64,000 nucleotides of DNA from a virus (taxonomy: Duplodnaviria > Caudoviricetes). The notes below the pieces were generated by a model. The model did no database searches and was not told the DNA's origin. It saw nothing but the letters and a program-made list of their open reading frames with translations. A program made the translations under genes and the position numbers. Below, piece by piece: positions 20,476-32,543 of the stretch; the first letter of the stretch is position 1; every line of letters begins with the position of its first letter. The stretch lies in IMG/VR virus record IMGVR_UViG_3300009873_000001. The stretch is one strand, 5' to 3'.

Positions 20476-20984
20476 AGATCACGCTCGAAGCCGGCACGGC
20501 GGTGCTCACGCCCACAACGCAAGAAGAGCAAACGGCCTTCGCCGCCTGGCGCGCGTTGGCACCTAGGTCTCTGTTGAAGTACGGCGGACGCGGCCCTGAC
20601 GACGGCGTTGGTTTCTGGACCGTGAAGCTCTCCGCGAACGGGGCCGACTTGGTTGTCAAGGGCGACTCCAAGGACGACAAGTACGAGGTCAACGGGCTCA
20701 GGAACGTGTGCTTCTTCGGCAAGACCGGCGGCTTGCTCTACCTGGGCTGGCGAGACGGGTCAATCGTAGTGGCCGGAGCCTTCTGCAAGTTCTGCGAAGC
20801 GCCCGTGATCGACATGGGCTCTTCCGAGTGGGCCGTGTGTCAAGCTTGCGCTGACGAGTGCGACCACCAGCTCGAGAAGGGCTTCACGCACAGCGAGCAG
20901 GTAGAACTCGACTGCAAGAAGTTCTGCGGAGTGTGTGGCAGGGCCGAGGCAGAAACGGCCACCCCGCCCAAGGCTGCTCAATGA
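20472..20984 (+). CDS. hypothetical protein with C-terminal Cys clusters
   Basis: ATGA overlap; GGAGG RBS. Confidence 0.7.
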   Translation: MKITLEAGTAVLTPTTQEEQTAFAAWRALAPRSLLKYGGRGPDDGVGFWTVKLSANGADLVVKGDSKDDKYEVNGLRNVCFFGKTGGLLYLGWRDGSIVVAGAFCKFCEAPVIDMGSSEWAVCQACADECDHQLEKGFTHSEQVELDCKKFCGVCGRAEAETATPPKAAQ

Positions 20985-22727
20985 CCTATATCGACCCGCC
21001 CTTCTCCATGACCTCCCACTTGCTGACGTCTAGTGGACAGCGCACGCTCTGTGGGCGCGACCTGAGCACACCGTATCGCCGCGCGCGACTGACGCGACTG
21101 GCCCACACGATCGAGCTGGCAGAGAAGAAGGGAATTCTCTGCAAGCGCTGCAAGAGCATCAAGCTGGCGGAGCGGGAATGAGCAACGAGGCCACATTCGA
21201 GTTCGACTTCGGAGGGTCAGAGTTGGAGCGGCTACTCCTCAAGGGGCTGACTGCCGAGGGGCGACTTCCTCAGAACGGCAACTACGACACCTGCCTGCGA
21301 TTGACGGGCCCGAACGTAGACCAGGCGCTGGTCGACAAGCTCAAAACGGTGAAGCTCGTCATGGACGTGAAGAGAAACGGGCCGGCTTGGGTATGAGGAT
21401 CACAGCCGGACCGCTGGCCAATGGCGGCATGGGCGTGGAGCTCGAAGGCGTCGGTCCCATGACGATCCAAGAGACCGAGCAGTTGATCGTCAGGCTGCGC
21501 TGGGCGCTCCTCGATATCCAGAGACGCTCGTTCCCTGGCGCTGATTGCTCCTGCAAGGAGTGGGAGTCTTCGGAGGAGCCCGGCTATCAGCGTCTCGTGC
21601 ATGGACCGACCTGCGAGCTGACCGCGATCGTGGAGGCGCCTTCAGCGCCTCGTGCATGGAGCGACCTGTACGATCGAGGTGCCCGGTGAACTGTGAATCC
21701 TGTGGAGCCGAGCTGCACGAGATCGACAATATCATTGGCCGCTGGTGCGACCCTGACTGCGCCGAGAAAGGATACGAGTGCGCGCTGTGCGGGCTAGTCC
21801 CGCATAGGTGCCAGTGCTCGCCAGAAGATCTGAAGAAGCCTTCTGAGGCGACAGCGGCTAACAACACGCACTACGTCCAGATCACGTACCTGCAGGACGA
21901 GCCGCGAGGCAAGCTGTGCTTCTTCCTGAAGGACGTCCCGAGCGGGCCAGACAAGCTCCCAGAGGTTCTACGCTCCATTGCGGACGCCGTGGAAAAGGAC
22001 CAAAGAGCGCAGGCTTCCGAAGAGGAAGACGACCGGCCCGATCCGCGTGACATGGACCCCGGCTACGGAGGCACGCTGTGAAGATCCTGTGGGACTGCCT
22101 TACCTGCAGCTGGTCCGGCTGGCGCGCTGACACCTATGCCTGGTGGCGCGTCTGCCCGCGCTGCCAGAGCGACCGCTGCGTCAAGCACCTGGAGCGTGTG
22201 AAATGAGCACTACTGACATCCCGACCGTGGAGGCCATGATCGCGGCGCTCGGACCGCTGCCGCTGAACTTCACCGAGAAGGACATTGCAGAGCGCCGGAA
22301 GGAGATCAAGCACATTGGCGAGTGTGTAGCCCGGCTCACAGCGCGGCTCAAGGCCGAGGCTGAGTACCTCTACGGGATCTGCGACCACAGGAACCAGTAC
22401 TCTTCCAACTGGTGCGGACGTGATCCGGGCGGCGGCGGGTGCAATACCTGCGGAAAGAGCTGGTAGCTCGTGGAGCCGATCAAAGGCGGCGCGCTTCAGG
22501 TCTACGAACACCTCAAGGGCAGCGCGCTGACAACCGTGGACTTCTCCACGCTCAGCACCGGTCAGATCCTGGACGTGCTCACAGTGCTCATGCATGAATC
22601 AGGGCACGACGGCCTGCACCCGCTGATCCGGCATGTACAGCGCTCGCGCGCGTACGAGGAGGCGATCCACAAAGCGCGCATAGTGTTCGCCGAAGCGGAG
22701 AGAGATTGCGGCGACGCGTGAGATCAC

Positions 22728-22799
22728 GCCCTTGTAGCTCAGCGGTAGAGCAGCGGTTTTGTAAACCGCAGGTCGCGGGCTCGAATCCCGCCAAGGGCT
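22728..22799 (+). tRNA. tRNA-Thr(UGU)
   Basis: Acceptor GCCCTTG/CAAGGGC; anticodon arm GCGGT-TTTGTAA-ACCGC; T-loop CTCGAAT. Confidence 0.93.
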
Positions 22800-22872
22800 T
22801 GCAAAGCTGATTGAGCGGCCTGATTGAGCGATTGGTTCTTTCGGGGGCAGTAACAGAGAAGGGAGCGCAAGC

Positions 22873-23547
22873 GTGGGGAAGAAGACGGGGTGGTCGCTGG
22901 TGCAGCTCGACGAGCTCAAGCAGTTCATGGAGCAAAACACCATGAACTGGAACGGGCTCGCCAAGAAGATCGGAGTGCCGAATTCGACGGCGCGGTGTTG
23001 GAACCAGGCCGGCAAGGCGCCCAGCCGGGACAGCCAGGCCAAGATCAGGGCCCTGATCGACGGCCGGAAGCGGTGGGAGAGGCGCCAGGACGCGAGCGGC
23101 CCGCCGCACAAGACGCCAGAGCAAAAGGGCGCCAAGAAGACCGCCGGCCCCGGTCTCAAAGCTACTTCACGGGCGACGTTTACAACCCCGGTCGAAATCA
23201 AGAGCAAGCGCTATGAGCGCAAGAGCGCTGAGGGCGCCTGGCAGGTGACGCGTCTCTCGCCCAAGGTCGCGGCCAAGCGTATGCAGGAGGCGCTCGCGCA
23301 AACCCAGGTGATCGTCTCGACCTGGCTCGACCTACCGCCGCAGAAGACGCCGATTCGCATGGTCGAGGACGGCAAGGTCCACCAGGCCGTGCAAATGCTC
23401 GGCGACGACGCGTTCCGCCTCGCGCGCGCGCTGGCTACGTCCTACGCCAAGGCCCACGGATCCAAGGCCGACCCCAAGGTCATGGTCTGGCTCGTCAACG
23501 AAATGCTCGCGCTGGTGTTCGGGGAACAGCCAGCCGAGGGCGCATGA
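22873..23547 (+). CDS. HTH-domain protein
   Basis: MNWNGLAKKIGVPNSTARCWNQAGKAP. Confidence 0.7.
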   Translation: MGKKTGWSLVQLDELKQFMEQNTMNWNGLAKKIGVPNSTARCWNQAGKAPSRDSQAKIRALIDGRKRWERRQDASGPPHKTPEQKGAKKTAGPGLKATSRATFTTPVEIKSKRYERKSAEGAWQVTRLSPKVAAKRMQEALAQTQVIVSTWLDLPPQKTPIRMVEDGKVHQAVQMLGDDAFRLARALATSYAKAHGSKADPKVMVWLVNEMLALVFGEQPAEGA

Positions 23548-24185
23548 GCACTGAAAGCGAGGACCATGGACGCCAGCTCGCGAGGGCTCACTCTCAGATG
23601 CAGAGCGCGAGGGACGACCTGCGCGAAGTCGAAGGCAAGTTCCTCGAGCTGAGCGGCTGGGAAGAGATCAGCGAGGTTGGTATGTGGCGGCATCCAGACT
23701 TCGCCGTCCAAGGCCAGAGCCCGCACTTCAAGCACTCAAACCCGATCTTCGCGCAAAAGGTCGCCTTGGCCGTAGCCGAGGCGTTCTACGCGGCCGGGCG
23801 AAGGCCCGCAGGCAACAAGGAAGAGGCCAAAGTGAGCCTGAGTTTGCAGGACGAAAGCCTGACCTGTTCGATATGCGGAAACAACATCCCGCCAGGCGCG
23901 GTCAAGATCGCCGTGGACGCACAAAACTTTCGTCACCCGGACGGGTCGCCTTTGTGTCGCCGGACTGCAGCGGCCAAAGAATCCGCTGAGCTAGCCGCAA
24001 CACCCGTAAGGTTCACACCGACGCCTGTGGCTATCGCCAAAGCCAAGTCGCTCTTGGCGGCAGCTCTGGACGAGGCCACGCGCATGGGCGTGGAGGTGCG
24101 CTTTTCCTTCACGACGGTCGGCGGACAGCAGGCCTGGTATCTGGTCAAGGGCGTCGAGGACTTCCACTTTGGAGAGATTCACTAA
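23544..24185 (+). CDS. hypothetical protein
   Basis: ATGA overlap; 213 aa. Confidence 0.65.
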   Translation: MSTESEDHGRQLARAHSQMQSARDDLREVEGKFLELSGWEEISEVGMWRHPDFAVQGQSPHFKHSNPIFAQKVALAVAEAFYAAGRRPAGNKEEAKVSLSLQDESLTCSICGNNIPPGAVKIAVDAQNFRHPDGSPLCRRTAAAKESAELAATPVRFTPTPVAIAKAKSLLAAALDEATRMGVEVRFSFTTVGGQQAWYLVKGVEDFHFGEIH

Positions 24186-25384
24186 GATCATGCGGCGCGA
24201 AGTCCTCAGCCGGGAGGCTTGAATGGGCAGGAAGAAGGCACCCAAACGTCAATCCAAGGCGCTTCGGCGTCTATCCAAGCGCGACCGCGCGACCAGCTTC
24301 GGAATCTTCGAACTGGCGTGCAACTCGATCGGGATCTCCATGGTCGACTGGTATCCTGACGAAGTCCGCGAGCCAGCCGTGCGCATGGCGGCCGAAATGG
24401 GCGCCCCGCTCAACCTTCCGGGCCGGTGGTCGTTTCGCCCGGTGACGGCGGCCGACGCAGCCGCGCGGGCCAAGCCCAAGCCTCAGCCCAAGAAGCGGAA
24501 GAAACGAGCAAAGGCATGAAGGAATCCGAAAAGCTAAAGAAAAAGCTCGAGCCAGCGACCCGCCTGGCGCTTGCGTCGCAGAAGGAAATCGAGGGCCTTC
24601 AGCTGCCCTGCTCGCGCCAGGACGAGCCCCGCCACCGTCGCTGCAGGCGGTGCGGCGGCGCTGGCGAGTATACGGGCGGCTACGAGAACGGTGACGTTTA
24701 CTCCTGCTCAAGAACTGAGGACTACAAGGGCCCGTGCGTGCCGGAAGCCATGGAGTCCTGGAACGTCTGCGCTCCGTGCAAGGCGCGCCACGCCGTGGCT
24801 CTCCTGCTCCACGCGCTGGAGTACATCGTCAATGAAGTAGGGGCGCGCGAGCATGAAGCCGAACTGGAAGAACAGCGCCGCCAGCAGGCGGTCGCGCAGG
24901 CCGAGGCTGAGGTCGAACGAGCTCAGTCGGCCCTAGCGAAGGCGCGAGCCAGGCACCAGGAACTGGCCGCTGACGCAGCGAAAGGAAGGCAGCCGTGAGC
25001 GGAGACGAGCTGATCGAAGCGGCAATCGTCATTGCCAACGTCGAATGCAAGGCCGACAAGAGGGGTTGCGGCGGGCCATGGTGTGAGGCCCAGCACAAGA
25101 TCCGTCAGGTTCTGTCAGGAATGGGCGTAGAGTGGCAACCGTCAAAGGACGAACCGACGAAGGCCAAGAATGCCTCTGCCTGACGACAAACCGAACTGGA
25201 AGCTAGAGAACAGCATGTTCAAGCTCGAGTCGGTCGAGGAGCAGTTACTGCGCGAGGTCACGCGACTCAAGCAGGCGCTAGCCTCGGCGCATGAAGCTCT
25301 GCTAGCTTCGGGTCCAGGGGCCAAGAAGGATCGCGCCGTTCAGGCCACGCTGCGCGTCCTCGAACAGGCCAGAAAGGCGTAACC

Positions 25385-25894
25385 ATGAGCGGCGGCGAGT
25401 ACAACTACGCCTACCGGCGCGTCGAGGAGTTCGCGAACCAGATGCTCGTGAGACACTCCGAGATCCGTCACCTGCGGATCGGATTCCACAAGCACCTCCA
25501 GCTCGTCGCGGAAGCCATGCGCGCGATCGAATGGGTGGACTCTGGCGACGGGGCAGATGAAGAGGCCGCGATTCGCGCTTGCTTGCCCAAGAATGTCCCG
25601 TTCGAAGAGGCGCTCGATCTCACCAACAAGACCTTCTACAGAATGTTCGTGGGCGAAACGCGGCTCGGCTTGCCGTCCTGCGTGGTGTGCCTAGACCGAA
25701 TCGACGAAGGCGTGGAGGCCGTGGCGGTCAAAATGGAAGGCGGGTGGGTCCGCTTCCGGCACAAGCAGCCGTGCCAGCTACGCTGCTGGGTGTGCGAGAA
25801 GGAGATCAAAGAAGGCGAGGAGTTCAAGACGATCAACCGCGAGTGGGATCAGGCCCCGCGGCATAAGGCATGCGAGCCGCCAGAGGAAGCCTAG
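25385..25894 (+). CDS. phage hypothetical protein with zinc fingers
   Basis: MSGGEYNY...IEWVDSGD; two CxxC...H-C units. Confidence 0.75.
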   Translation: MSGGEYNYAYRRVEEFANQMLVRHSEIRHLRIGFHKHLQLVAEAMRAIEWVDSGDGADEEAAIRACLPKNVPFEEALDLTNKTFYRMFVGETRLGLPSCVVCLDRIDEGVEAVAVKMEGGWVRFRHKQPCQLRCWVCEKEIKEGEEFKTINREWDQAPRHKACEPPEEA

Positions 25895-27314
25895 CCCATG
25901 ATCTCCTACACCCAGGTTATGGCCGAGTGCGAGGACAAGAAGGTACTGACAGACCTTCTGCAGAGAGCCGGGCGCGTCGGGAGACTCAGCATGCTGTACG
26001 ACATGGTCACGGTGAGGCCGATCGGCGCAGAAGGTCCGCCTGGCCTCAAACTGACCGGCAGCGTCTATGCGAAGGTAGTGGAGCTGGAGAGGATCGTGCG
26101 CTGGGTCAATGGAGGCGCCTTATGACCACCAGCGTCCGCCCCTCCGAGAACGACTACGCGCGGCAGTTCTTTGAGCTGTACTGCAAGGTCATGGGTGAGC
26201 TGGACAAGCTTGCCGAGCTGGCCAGCTACAACGAGGTCTTTCCGCACCTCGACGAGATCTATTCGCCCGACCGGCACCGCATGGAGTACTTCTTCCACGG
26301 GCTCCTCGGCCTGCTCGATCAGTCCTGGCGGGTCGAAGATCCGTCCTTCTGGCGGGACTACGAGCGGTCAAACTCGCTCATGAGCAGGCTGATCGCCTAC
26401 GGGCGCGAGTGCTTTCAGGAGCACAAGGGCCTGAGCGACGCCCGCTACACGGCTCATGACTTCGAGGTACCCAAAGAGAGCAAGGAGCAGCCATGAGCGC
26501 GTTCGAGAAGTACCTCCAGGACTGCGTTCAAGAGATTGATCCGTCCTGGGCCAAGTCGTGCGCGTTCGTCGTGGGTCGTATGCGCGCAGCGCGCGAGCTA
26601 CACAAGGAACTCTTCGGGGCGGCTGAGCTGCCGGATCCGAAGGTCGTGGTCGAGCTGTACGATCGGCTTCTCGAACGGGTCTATGCCAGCGAGGTCGAGC
26701 CGCGAATGGAAGAGTTCCACCGCTTGGCAGCTGAGCGCGACGCTCTGATGCAACAGCTCACACAGAGGGTTCAAGAGATAGAAGCGCACCTGAAGGCATT
26801 CCCTAGGCCTGCCCCTTCCGGCAAGTCCGACTACCGATGACAGATCCTGATCGCCAGGACGAGCTCGCTGAGGCGCTCACCCAGGCCAACGTGGCAGTCC
26901 TGGCGCTGCAGGCATGCGACGTGGGCTCGGCCACCGCTGCGCTCAGGAAGGCGATTCGCCTCACCACGGGGTCCGAGTTCTGCCAAGTCTGCGGCAACGA
27001 GCCGGCTCCGTTCACGGCCTGCAGCGCGTGCTTCTGGAAGTCGGTAGACGTGGTCGAGTACCTGGACTACTGCAAGAAAAACAAGGCGTGCGTCATGTTC
27101 GGACAGAACACAGTCTACGTCGCCCACCCCGCCACACCAGAGCGGCAAGGCACGACCAGTCTCCTGGCAGCCAGAGCCGGCACGCTCGGCGAAGCCGTGA
27201 ATGGAATCCAGAAGGGCATGGCCACTGTCCTGTCGGTAGAGACGATCAGACAAGTGGGGTTCCTGCACGCGCTCGAGCAAGTTCCGCCGCTGAAGCCCAA
27301 GGAGGGCGACTAGC

Positions 27315-27794
27315 GTGGACGAGGCCCTTCAGCGCGCGCTGCGCGAAGCCGAGCGTGCCGGCATTCGACTGATCGAGTATCCGCCAGAGCTGATCATTGA
27401 CATTCTTCGCCAGCGCCACTCGTCGCTGCCGTTACCACTCGGCGCTCCCAACCAATCACACCTCGACTTCATGCCAATCTTCGAGAAGCACGGTCTGGAC
27501 GGATTCCCAGCCTTGATCATGAAGGTGCGCGAGTGGCTAGTCAGCATTGGCGCGGCCCAGCCTGACAGCTGGGCCGAGGTCGACAAGACCTACGCCGCCA
27601 TGAAAGAAACATTCAATAAGTTCATGGGCCCGTACGTCGACGACGAATTCGGACGCCTGGTGCCAGACCACGAAGCAAGCTCGCCCAAGCTGACGCCAGC
27701 GCAAGCTGAACGCAGACTCAATCGCATGCAGGAAGTCTTGGTTCAGCTCATGACACTCGAAGAACTAGAAAGAAGTCGCGGTAATGGCCAATAG
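27315..27794 (+). CDS. module B protein
   Basis: MDEALQRALREAERAGIRLIEYPP...WLVSIG. Confidence 0.8.
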   Translation: MDEALQRALREAERAGIRLIEYPPELIIDILRQRHSSLPLPLGAPNQSHLDFMPIFEKHGLDGFPALIMKVREWLVSIGAAQPDSWAEVDKTYAAMKETFNKFMGPYVDDEFGRLVPDHEASSPKLTPAQAERRLNRMQEVLVQLMTLEELERSRGNGQ

Positions 27795-27979
27795 CGAAGA
27801 GTTGCTCCAGCTTCTGCGTCAAGGCGTCGAGTTCATGAACGGCTTCGCCAAAGAGGCCGGAGTAGGAAAGATCCCAGCAGCCAAGTTCTGCTACGAGGCC
27901 GGCACCTGGACAGGTCAGGCGCTCAAGGCGATCAGCGAACTTGACGCTGTGGTCAGTGCCGAGCGGTTCAGGGACTGAC

Positions 27980-28372
27980 GTGGACGAGACGCTCCAACGC
28001 GCAATTCGCGAGGCTGAGCGAGCTGGACACCGACTGGTGCCACGCCCGCCTGAGAGCGTACTCACGGCGCTGCGGATCGTAGCGCGCGCGGGCAGCGTAA
28101 TCGCGGAAGCGCTGGTCACCATTGCCATCCAGCTCAAGCGTCCAGGGCAAGACGAGCGCGAGGCGATCTGGAACGAGGCTTGGCGGGGAGGGCTTCGCAA
28201 CTGGCTGGACGCGATCGGCGCCGGATCGCCTGACTGGGACAAGGAAGTTACGTACCCCAAGTCCTCCCACTCTGTCGGGATCGACGACGCCATAGACAGT
28301 GACGAATTCGAAAGGCGCTGGGCCGCACGTCATGGCCACTACCGCGGATACCACCCAGCCCTGGAGGATTGA
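27980..28372 (+). CDS. module B protein
   Basis: GTG start; MDETLQRAIREAERAGHRLVPRPP...WLDAIG. Confidence 0.8.
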   Translation: MDETLQRAIREAERAGHRLVPRPPESVLTALRIVARAGSVIAEALVTIAIQLKRPGQDEREAIWNEAWRGGLRNWLDAIGAGSPDWDKEVTYPKSSHSVGIDDAIDSDEFERRWAARHGHYRGYHPALED

Positions 28373-29077
28373 GTGAGCGACGCCGAGGTCAAGCGCCTGT
28401 TTCGCAACTGGCTCGCCAACCAGACTCCAGAAAACGCCCAGCGCTACGTGACGGCGCTGGCTCGGGCGGGCGGCGACCTGCCCGGACCCGACACCGTCGA
28501 CTTCTTGCTGGAATCGGCGCGCGGAAGGCGCGTGCGTAAGATCGTAGCCGGAGCGCTTAGGCACTTCTTCGGCAAGACGACCAGGGAAGCGCTACGCGGA
28601 CAGCTCGAGCATCTAACCGAGGCACACTTCAACGAAGCCGGCCTTCGAGCAATCTCTAGCCTGAAAGACGTGCCGCCGTTGGGCATGGGCGACCTGCGCG
28701 AGTTTTACCGTGAGATCGGACTGCAGCTGAAGGAAGGCACGCAGCAGCAAGTCAGCGACGACTTGGCCGTCAAGCCTCGGAACGCTAGCGGTTGGAAGAC
28801 CGCGTTCTGTCAGCTCGATTGGGACTACCAGGCGCTCCGCGCCGAGATCGATCAGCTGCACGAAGAGAATCGCGTGCAAGGGCAGACGATCGTTCAGCTG
28901 CGCAATCAGCTCTCCAAAGAGGGCGGCCAAGGCGCCACGGTCGATATCCTCCGCCGCGAGAACGAGCGCTTGACCAAGATCATTCAGGGCCGCTCCTCTG
29001 GCGGCCCCTCAGCTCCAGTGCCCTCGCCATCTGCGCTTTCTCCTTGGGACCCTCTGCCAGCAGACGGCTCTCGGTGA
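28373..29077 (+). CDS. module-A-like protein with coiled coil
   Basis: MSDAEVKRLFRNW...QRYVTALARAG; GGAGG RBS. Confidence 0.75.
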   Translation: MSDAEVKRLFRNWLANQTPENAQRYVTALARAGGDLPGPDTVDFLLESARGRRVRKIVAGALRHFFGKTTREALRGQLEHLTEAHFNEAGLRAISSLKDVPPLGMGDLREFYREIGLQLKEGTQQQVSDDLAVKPRNASGWKTAFCQLDWDYQALRAEIDQLHEENRVQGQTIVQLRNQLSKEGGQGATVDILRRENERLTKIIQGRSSGGPSAPVPSPSALSPWDPLPADGSR

Positions 29078-29264
29078 ACAGGAGCGAAGACCACGACTCG
29101 ATCAGCTTGGGGATCGTCGTCCATATCGCCGACGTGGACGGCAGCCCTCTGTGTGGGTCGGATCTGGCGATTACAATCGTGCCGCCTCACCAGTTGTTCA
29201 GCGCGACGTGCCAGGATTGCCTGGACTGCTGGGACGACGTGACCAAGGAGCCGGGCGAAGAAGC

Positions 29265-29879
29265 ATGAGTCAGCACGAAGAACACCTCGCGTCCTTGACC
29301 AAGCCTGACGTGTGGCTCGCGGTCAAGTCCGGCGTGGATTCGAGCTACTACGTCAATGGCTACAAGGTGCTGAACAGCCAGGCCCCGCTCCGGCAGTGGA
29401 TTCGTTCACGGAAGCCGTCCAAGGGGTGGCTGTCGTTCAAGAACAAACCGCAGGCTGCGTTCTTGATCCCTCATACCGCAGACGCTGCCGTGCGGCTGCT
29501 CAGACACATGCACGCCGCCCTCGTGCTGCTCGATCACCAGAATCCTCACCGCTGGCCATGCCCATTCGGCGTGGTCTGGGTGCGGACCGGCGACGAGCTC
29601 TTCAACGGCAGCTACTGCAAGCAGTCGGTCGAGTTCCAGTGGGGCATGGAGATCGTCGCCGAAAGCAGCCGTCGCAAGCACGCCTTCTTCGGCTTCCTGG
29701 GAGACAACTTCTACCAGGACGGCCATAAGTTCAAACACGCCGCCGAACGCGCTGCTCAATGGACCGCTCCTGTCGTGGTGGCGGTCAAGGACGTGTGGTT
29801 GAAGGAGCTGGCGGAGCGGCTCAATGCGTTCGCGCAGTTCAAGCGCGACGAGAAGAACAAGCGAGCGAGCTATCTGTGA
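29265..29879 (+). CDS. hypothetical protein
   Basis: ATGA overlap; in gene run. Confidence 0.7.
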   Translation: MSQHEEHLASLTKPDVWLAVKSGVDSSYYVNGYKVLNSQAPLRQWIRSRKPSKGWLSFKNKPQAAFLIPHTADAAVRLLRHMHAALVLLDHQNPHRWPCPFGVVWVRTGDELFNGSYCKQSVEFQWGMEIVAESSRRKHAFFGFLGDNFYQDGHKFKHAAERAAQWTAPVVVAVKDVWLKELAERLNAFAQFKRDEKNKRASYL

Positions 29880-30278
29880 GTGACACGCTTGTCAGCAAGC
29901 TAGACAAGGCCAAGAAGAACCTCGAGCGGATCATGGCCGCCGTCAACGAGCTAGACGACTTCGTCTTTGACGCGGACATACAGGCCGGCAAGTGCGTGGA
30001 GTGCAAGAAGTACAAGGCCATGGCGGAAGACGCCGAAGAGGCGGCGCATGAGTGGGAGTTGCAGGCCAGCGGTGATCTGCGCTGGCCTTTGAAGGTCCTC
30101 GTCGAGGGAGGCTATATCTCCTACGAGCGCGGCATGGACCTCGTGACCGACTGGACGCTCGCTGGCCACGAAGCCGCTGCGAGCTCCCTGAAGGACCTGC
30201 TCTGGAAATACGGACCTTCCTTCAAGTCAGAACGAAGGAAGTCAGCGCCAGGCCAGCCGGCTACACTGAATGGGCCGC

Positions 30279-30812
30279 ATGATACCGCTGCTTTGGTGTG
30301 ACGTAGAAACCCTCGGCTTTGATCCGGCTCGCAGCGTCATGCTCGAAGCCGGGTTCACGCTCACCGACGCGGAGCTGAATGAAGTCGCCAGCCTCTGCGT
30401 GCAGCTGAGCTTGGACGGCGTCGACATGTCTTCGCCGGCTCACGACCCCAAGGCGCTGGAGTTCCACAAAACGAACGGCCTACTCGACGAGTGTGGGCGC
30501 GTGGGCATGAAGCTCGGGGACGCCAGCCACACTGTCACGGACTGGATCGAGCGCCGATCGGCCGGCGGTCTGTACATGGCCGGTTCTGGACTCGACTTCG
30601 ACCGGCACTGGTTGAAGCTGTGGCTGCCCAGCGCGGCGCAGCTGTTCCACCGCCGCAACTTCGACCTGAATACGCTCCTGGCTTGGTACGGAGTCACCGA
30701 CAAGGAAATGCTGCCAGACTACGATTACAAGCACCGGGCCATGCTCGACATTCAGCGAGACATAGCACTCACCAAGAAACTGGCCGAGTTCAGCGGCATG
30801 ATGCGCCACTAG
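30279..30812 (+). CDS. orn: oligoribonuclease-like DEDDh 3'-5' exonuclease
   Basis: LWCDVETLG, AGSGLDFDR, HRRNFD, HRAMLDI. Confidence 0.8.
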   Translation: MIPLLWCDVETLGFDPARSVMLEAGFTLTDAELNEVASLCVQLSLDGVDMSSPAHDPKALEFHKTNGLLDECGRVGMKLGDASHTVTDWIERRSAGGLYMAGSGLDFDRHWLKLWLPSAAQLFHRRNFDLNTLLAWYGVTDKEMLPDYDYKHRAMLDIQRDIALTKKLAEFSGMMRH

Positions 30813-30819
30813 GACAGCC

Positions 30820-31815
30820 ATGGACGCCAGGCTTCGAGAGCTCCACCGCGCCGCCCGGCTCGCTCGCGGCAAAGAGGCCGCCCGCCTCCGCGGCCAGCTC
30901 TGGAGCGCTTTGCTGGCCCTGGGTGTGTGGCCAGAATTCGTTCACCGCACGGCGCTGCAGACGGCCACGGAGGTGGCACAGTTCGCTTCTTGGTTGGGCG
31001 ACCTTGGCGCGCGCGAGTTCCTTCGTTCGGCAGGCGCTCAGGCCGCGTCGATCAAGGTCGGCGTCTCGCACGACTTGTTGCGCGGCGACTCCGTGCCCAC
31101 GCGCTGCAGTATCTGGTGCTGCGAACGAATGCTTCCGGTGATTGAAGAAGCAATGCCGGTAACGGCAGACCGGTCGGCCCCTGGCAGGGCGCTCGCCGAA
31201 TGCATGCAGGTCCAGCTAGCGGCGGAGGCCGAAGTCGAGCTGCGCGTGCCGTCTCGAGGGCGACCGCCGCTCTACAAGGCCGCCAGACACAACTTCGACC
31301 CGCACCTGCCCGGACTTCCTGCCACCACACTCCTCGAGCTGGGGAGCCTGCTGCAGGCAATCGGTTTCGAGGATACTGGATATCCAGGCCGCGCAGAAGA
31401 CCTAATGCACTTCGAGGTGCGGCGCGACTGGCCCAACGCGCTCCCAGGCGATCAGCAAGGCAGGGCGCGATTCACCTATGCTGCCGCCTTCGGGTTGATC
31501 GCGATCATGCGACTCTACGCCAGCGTTTTCAGGCGCAGCACGAGCGCGCCCTCGCACCAGATGGGCTACATTCGCGAATCGAGGCCGTTGCTCGAGCCAG
31601 CCAACATGTTCCTCAAGGTCGTTTTGCCTTTGTGTGAGACCGGGCTCTCTTTGACATATGCCAGCCAATCAGATAGAGCCTGGCTGTCTGCCGGGCGACA
31701 CGCCTGGGTCAGTCACGGCAGCGCAGCTGGCAAGAAACAGGCGCTCAAGGAACTCAAGGCGTTCATGCGGCAGCGATTCGTGCCGTGGGCCACTTCGGAA
31801 GTGGTGCCTGCGTGA
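30820..31815 (+). CDS. module A protein
   Basis: MDARLRELHRAARLARG; 331 aa. Confidence 0.75.
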   Translation: MDARLRELHRAARLARGKEAARLRGQLWSALLALGVWPEFVHRTALQTATEVAQFASWLGDLGAREFLRSAGAQAASIKVGVSHDLLRGDSVPTRCSIWCCERMLPVIEEAMPVTADRSAPGRALAECMQVQLAAEAEVELRVPSRGRPPLYKAARHNFDPHLPGLPATTLLELGSLLQAIGFEDTGYPGRAEDLMHFEVRRDWPNALPGDQQGRARFTYAAAFGLIAIMRLYASVFRRSTSAPSHQMGYIRESRPLLEPANMFLKVVLPLCETGLSLTYASQSDRAWLSAGRHAWVSHGSAAGKKQALKELKAFMRQRFVPWATSEVVPA

Positions 31816-32543
31816 AAGCCAACCGCAACGCTGACGTCCGCAGGCGCACCGCCGCCCGCGGCCTGACGCTCGAAACCACCGATCCGATTCTCTGGGAACG
31901 GAACGCCAGAGAAGCGCTGCGAGCTGGAGATCTGCCCAGTGCGCTCGTCAGCCTCGCCTTGACCAGGTGGTTCGCGCGCGACCTGCCGACCAACGAGATC
32001 CGTTACGGCCCGGTCAAGCACGGCGTCAGGCGCATGTACTCGGCCAGCCCTAAAGACGGCGTCGTGATCGGCCAGGACGTGTGCCTCTACACGCACCTGC
32101 CAGGGAAGGATCCGTTCGGCCTGGGCGAGAACCCACTCGCGGTGGAGCTATGGGAAGGGCGGGACGTGTACCTGCTTCATAGCCCGGCAACGCTCGTGGC
32201 GTGGGATCGCGACCGCCCAGAGGAGGCTCTTGACCAAAATGCCAACCCGCTGATCAAGCTGCTCAAGAAGAAGTGGCATGGCCGACAGCTGAAAAGCAAG
32301 TGGGTCTACTGCAAGTCTGGTGGGGTCAGCGAGATCAAGATCGTGCGCAGCAAAGACCGCATTTGGCTGGGCGGAGATTGCTCGCCTGACAAGCTCGTCA
32401 CGTATGAGGACGGCAAGCAGGAACTCGAGAATGACGAAGACGCGCTCTTGCTGTTTGAGAGCGAGTTCGCGCTCACGCTCGACCTTCACGCCCAGCTAGG
32501 CTGGCCGCTCAAGTCGTGGCGGCCAAGGCGGCGCAAGGCATGA
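31812..32543 (+). CDS. module-A-like protein
   Basis: MKANRNADVRRR...REALRAGD; GTGA overlap. Confidence 0.7.
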   Translation: MKANRNADVRRRTAARGLTLETTDPILWERNAREALRAGDLPSALVSLALTRWFARDLPTNEIRYGPVKHGVRRMYSASPKDGVVIGQDVCLYTHLPGKDPFGLGENPLAVELWEGRDVYLLHSPATLVAWDRDRPEEALDQNANPLIKLLKKKWHGRQLKSKWVYCKSGGVSEIKIVRSKDRIWLGGDCSPDKLVTYEDGKQELENDEDALLLFESEFALTLDLHAQLGWPLKSWRPRRRKA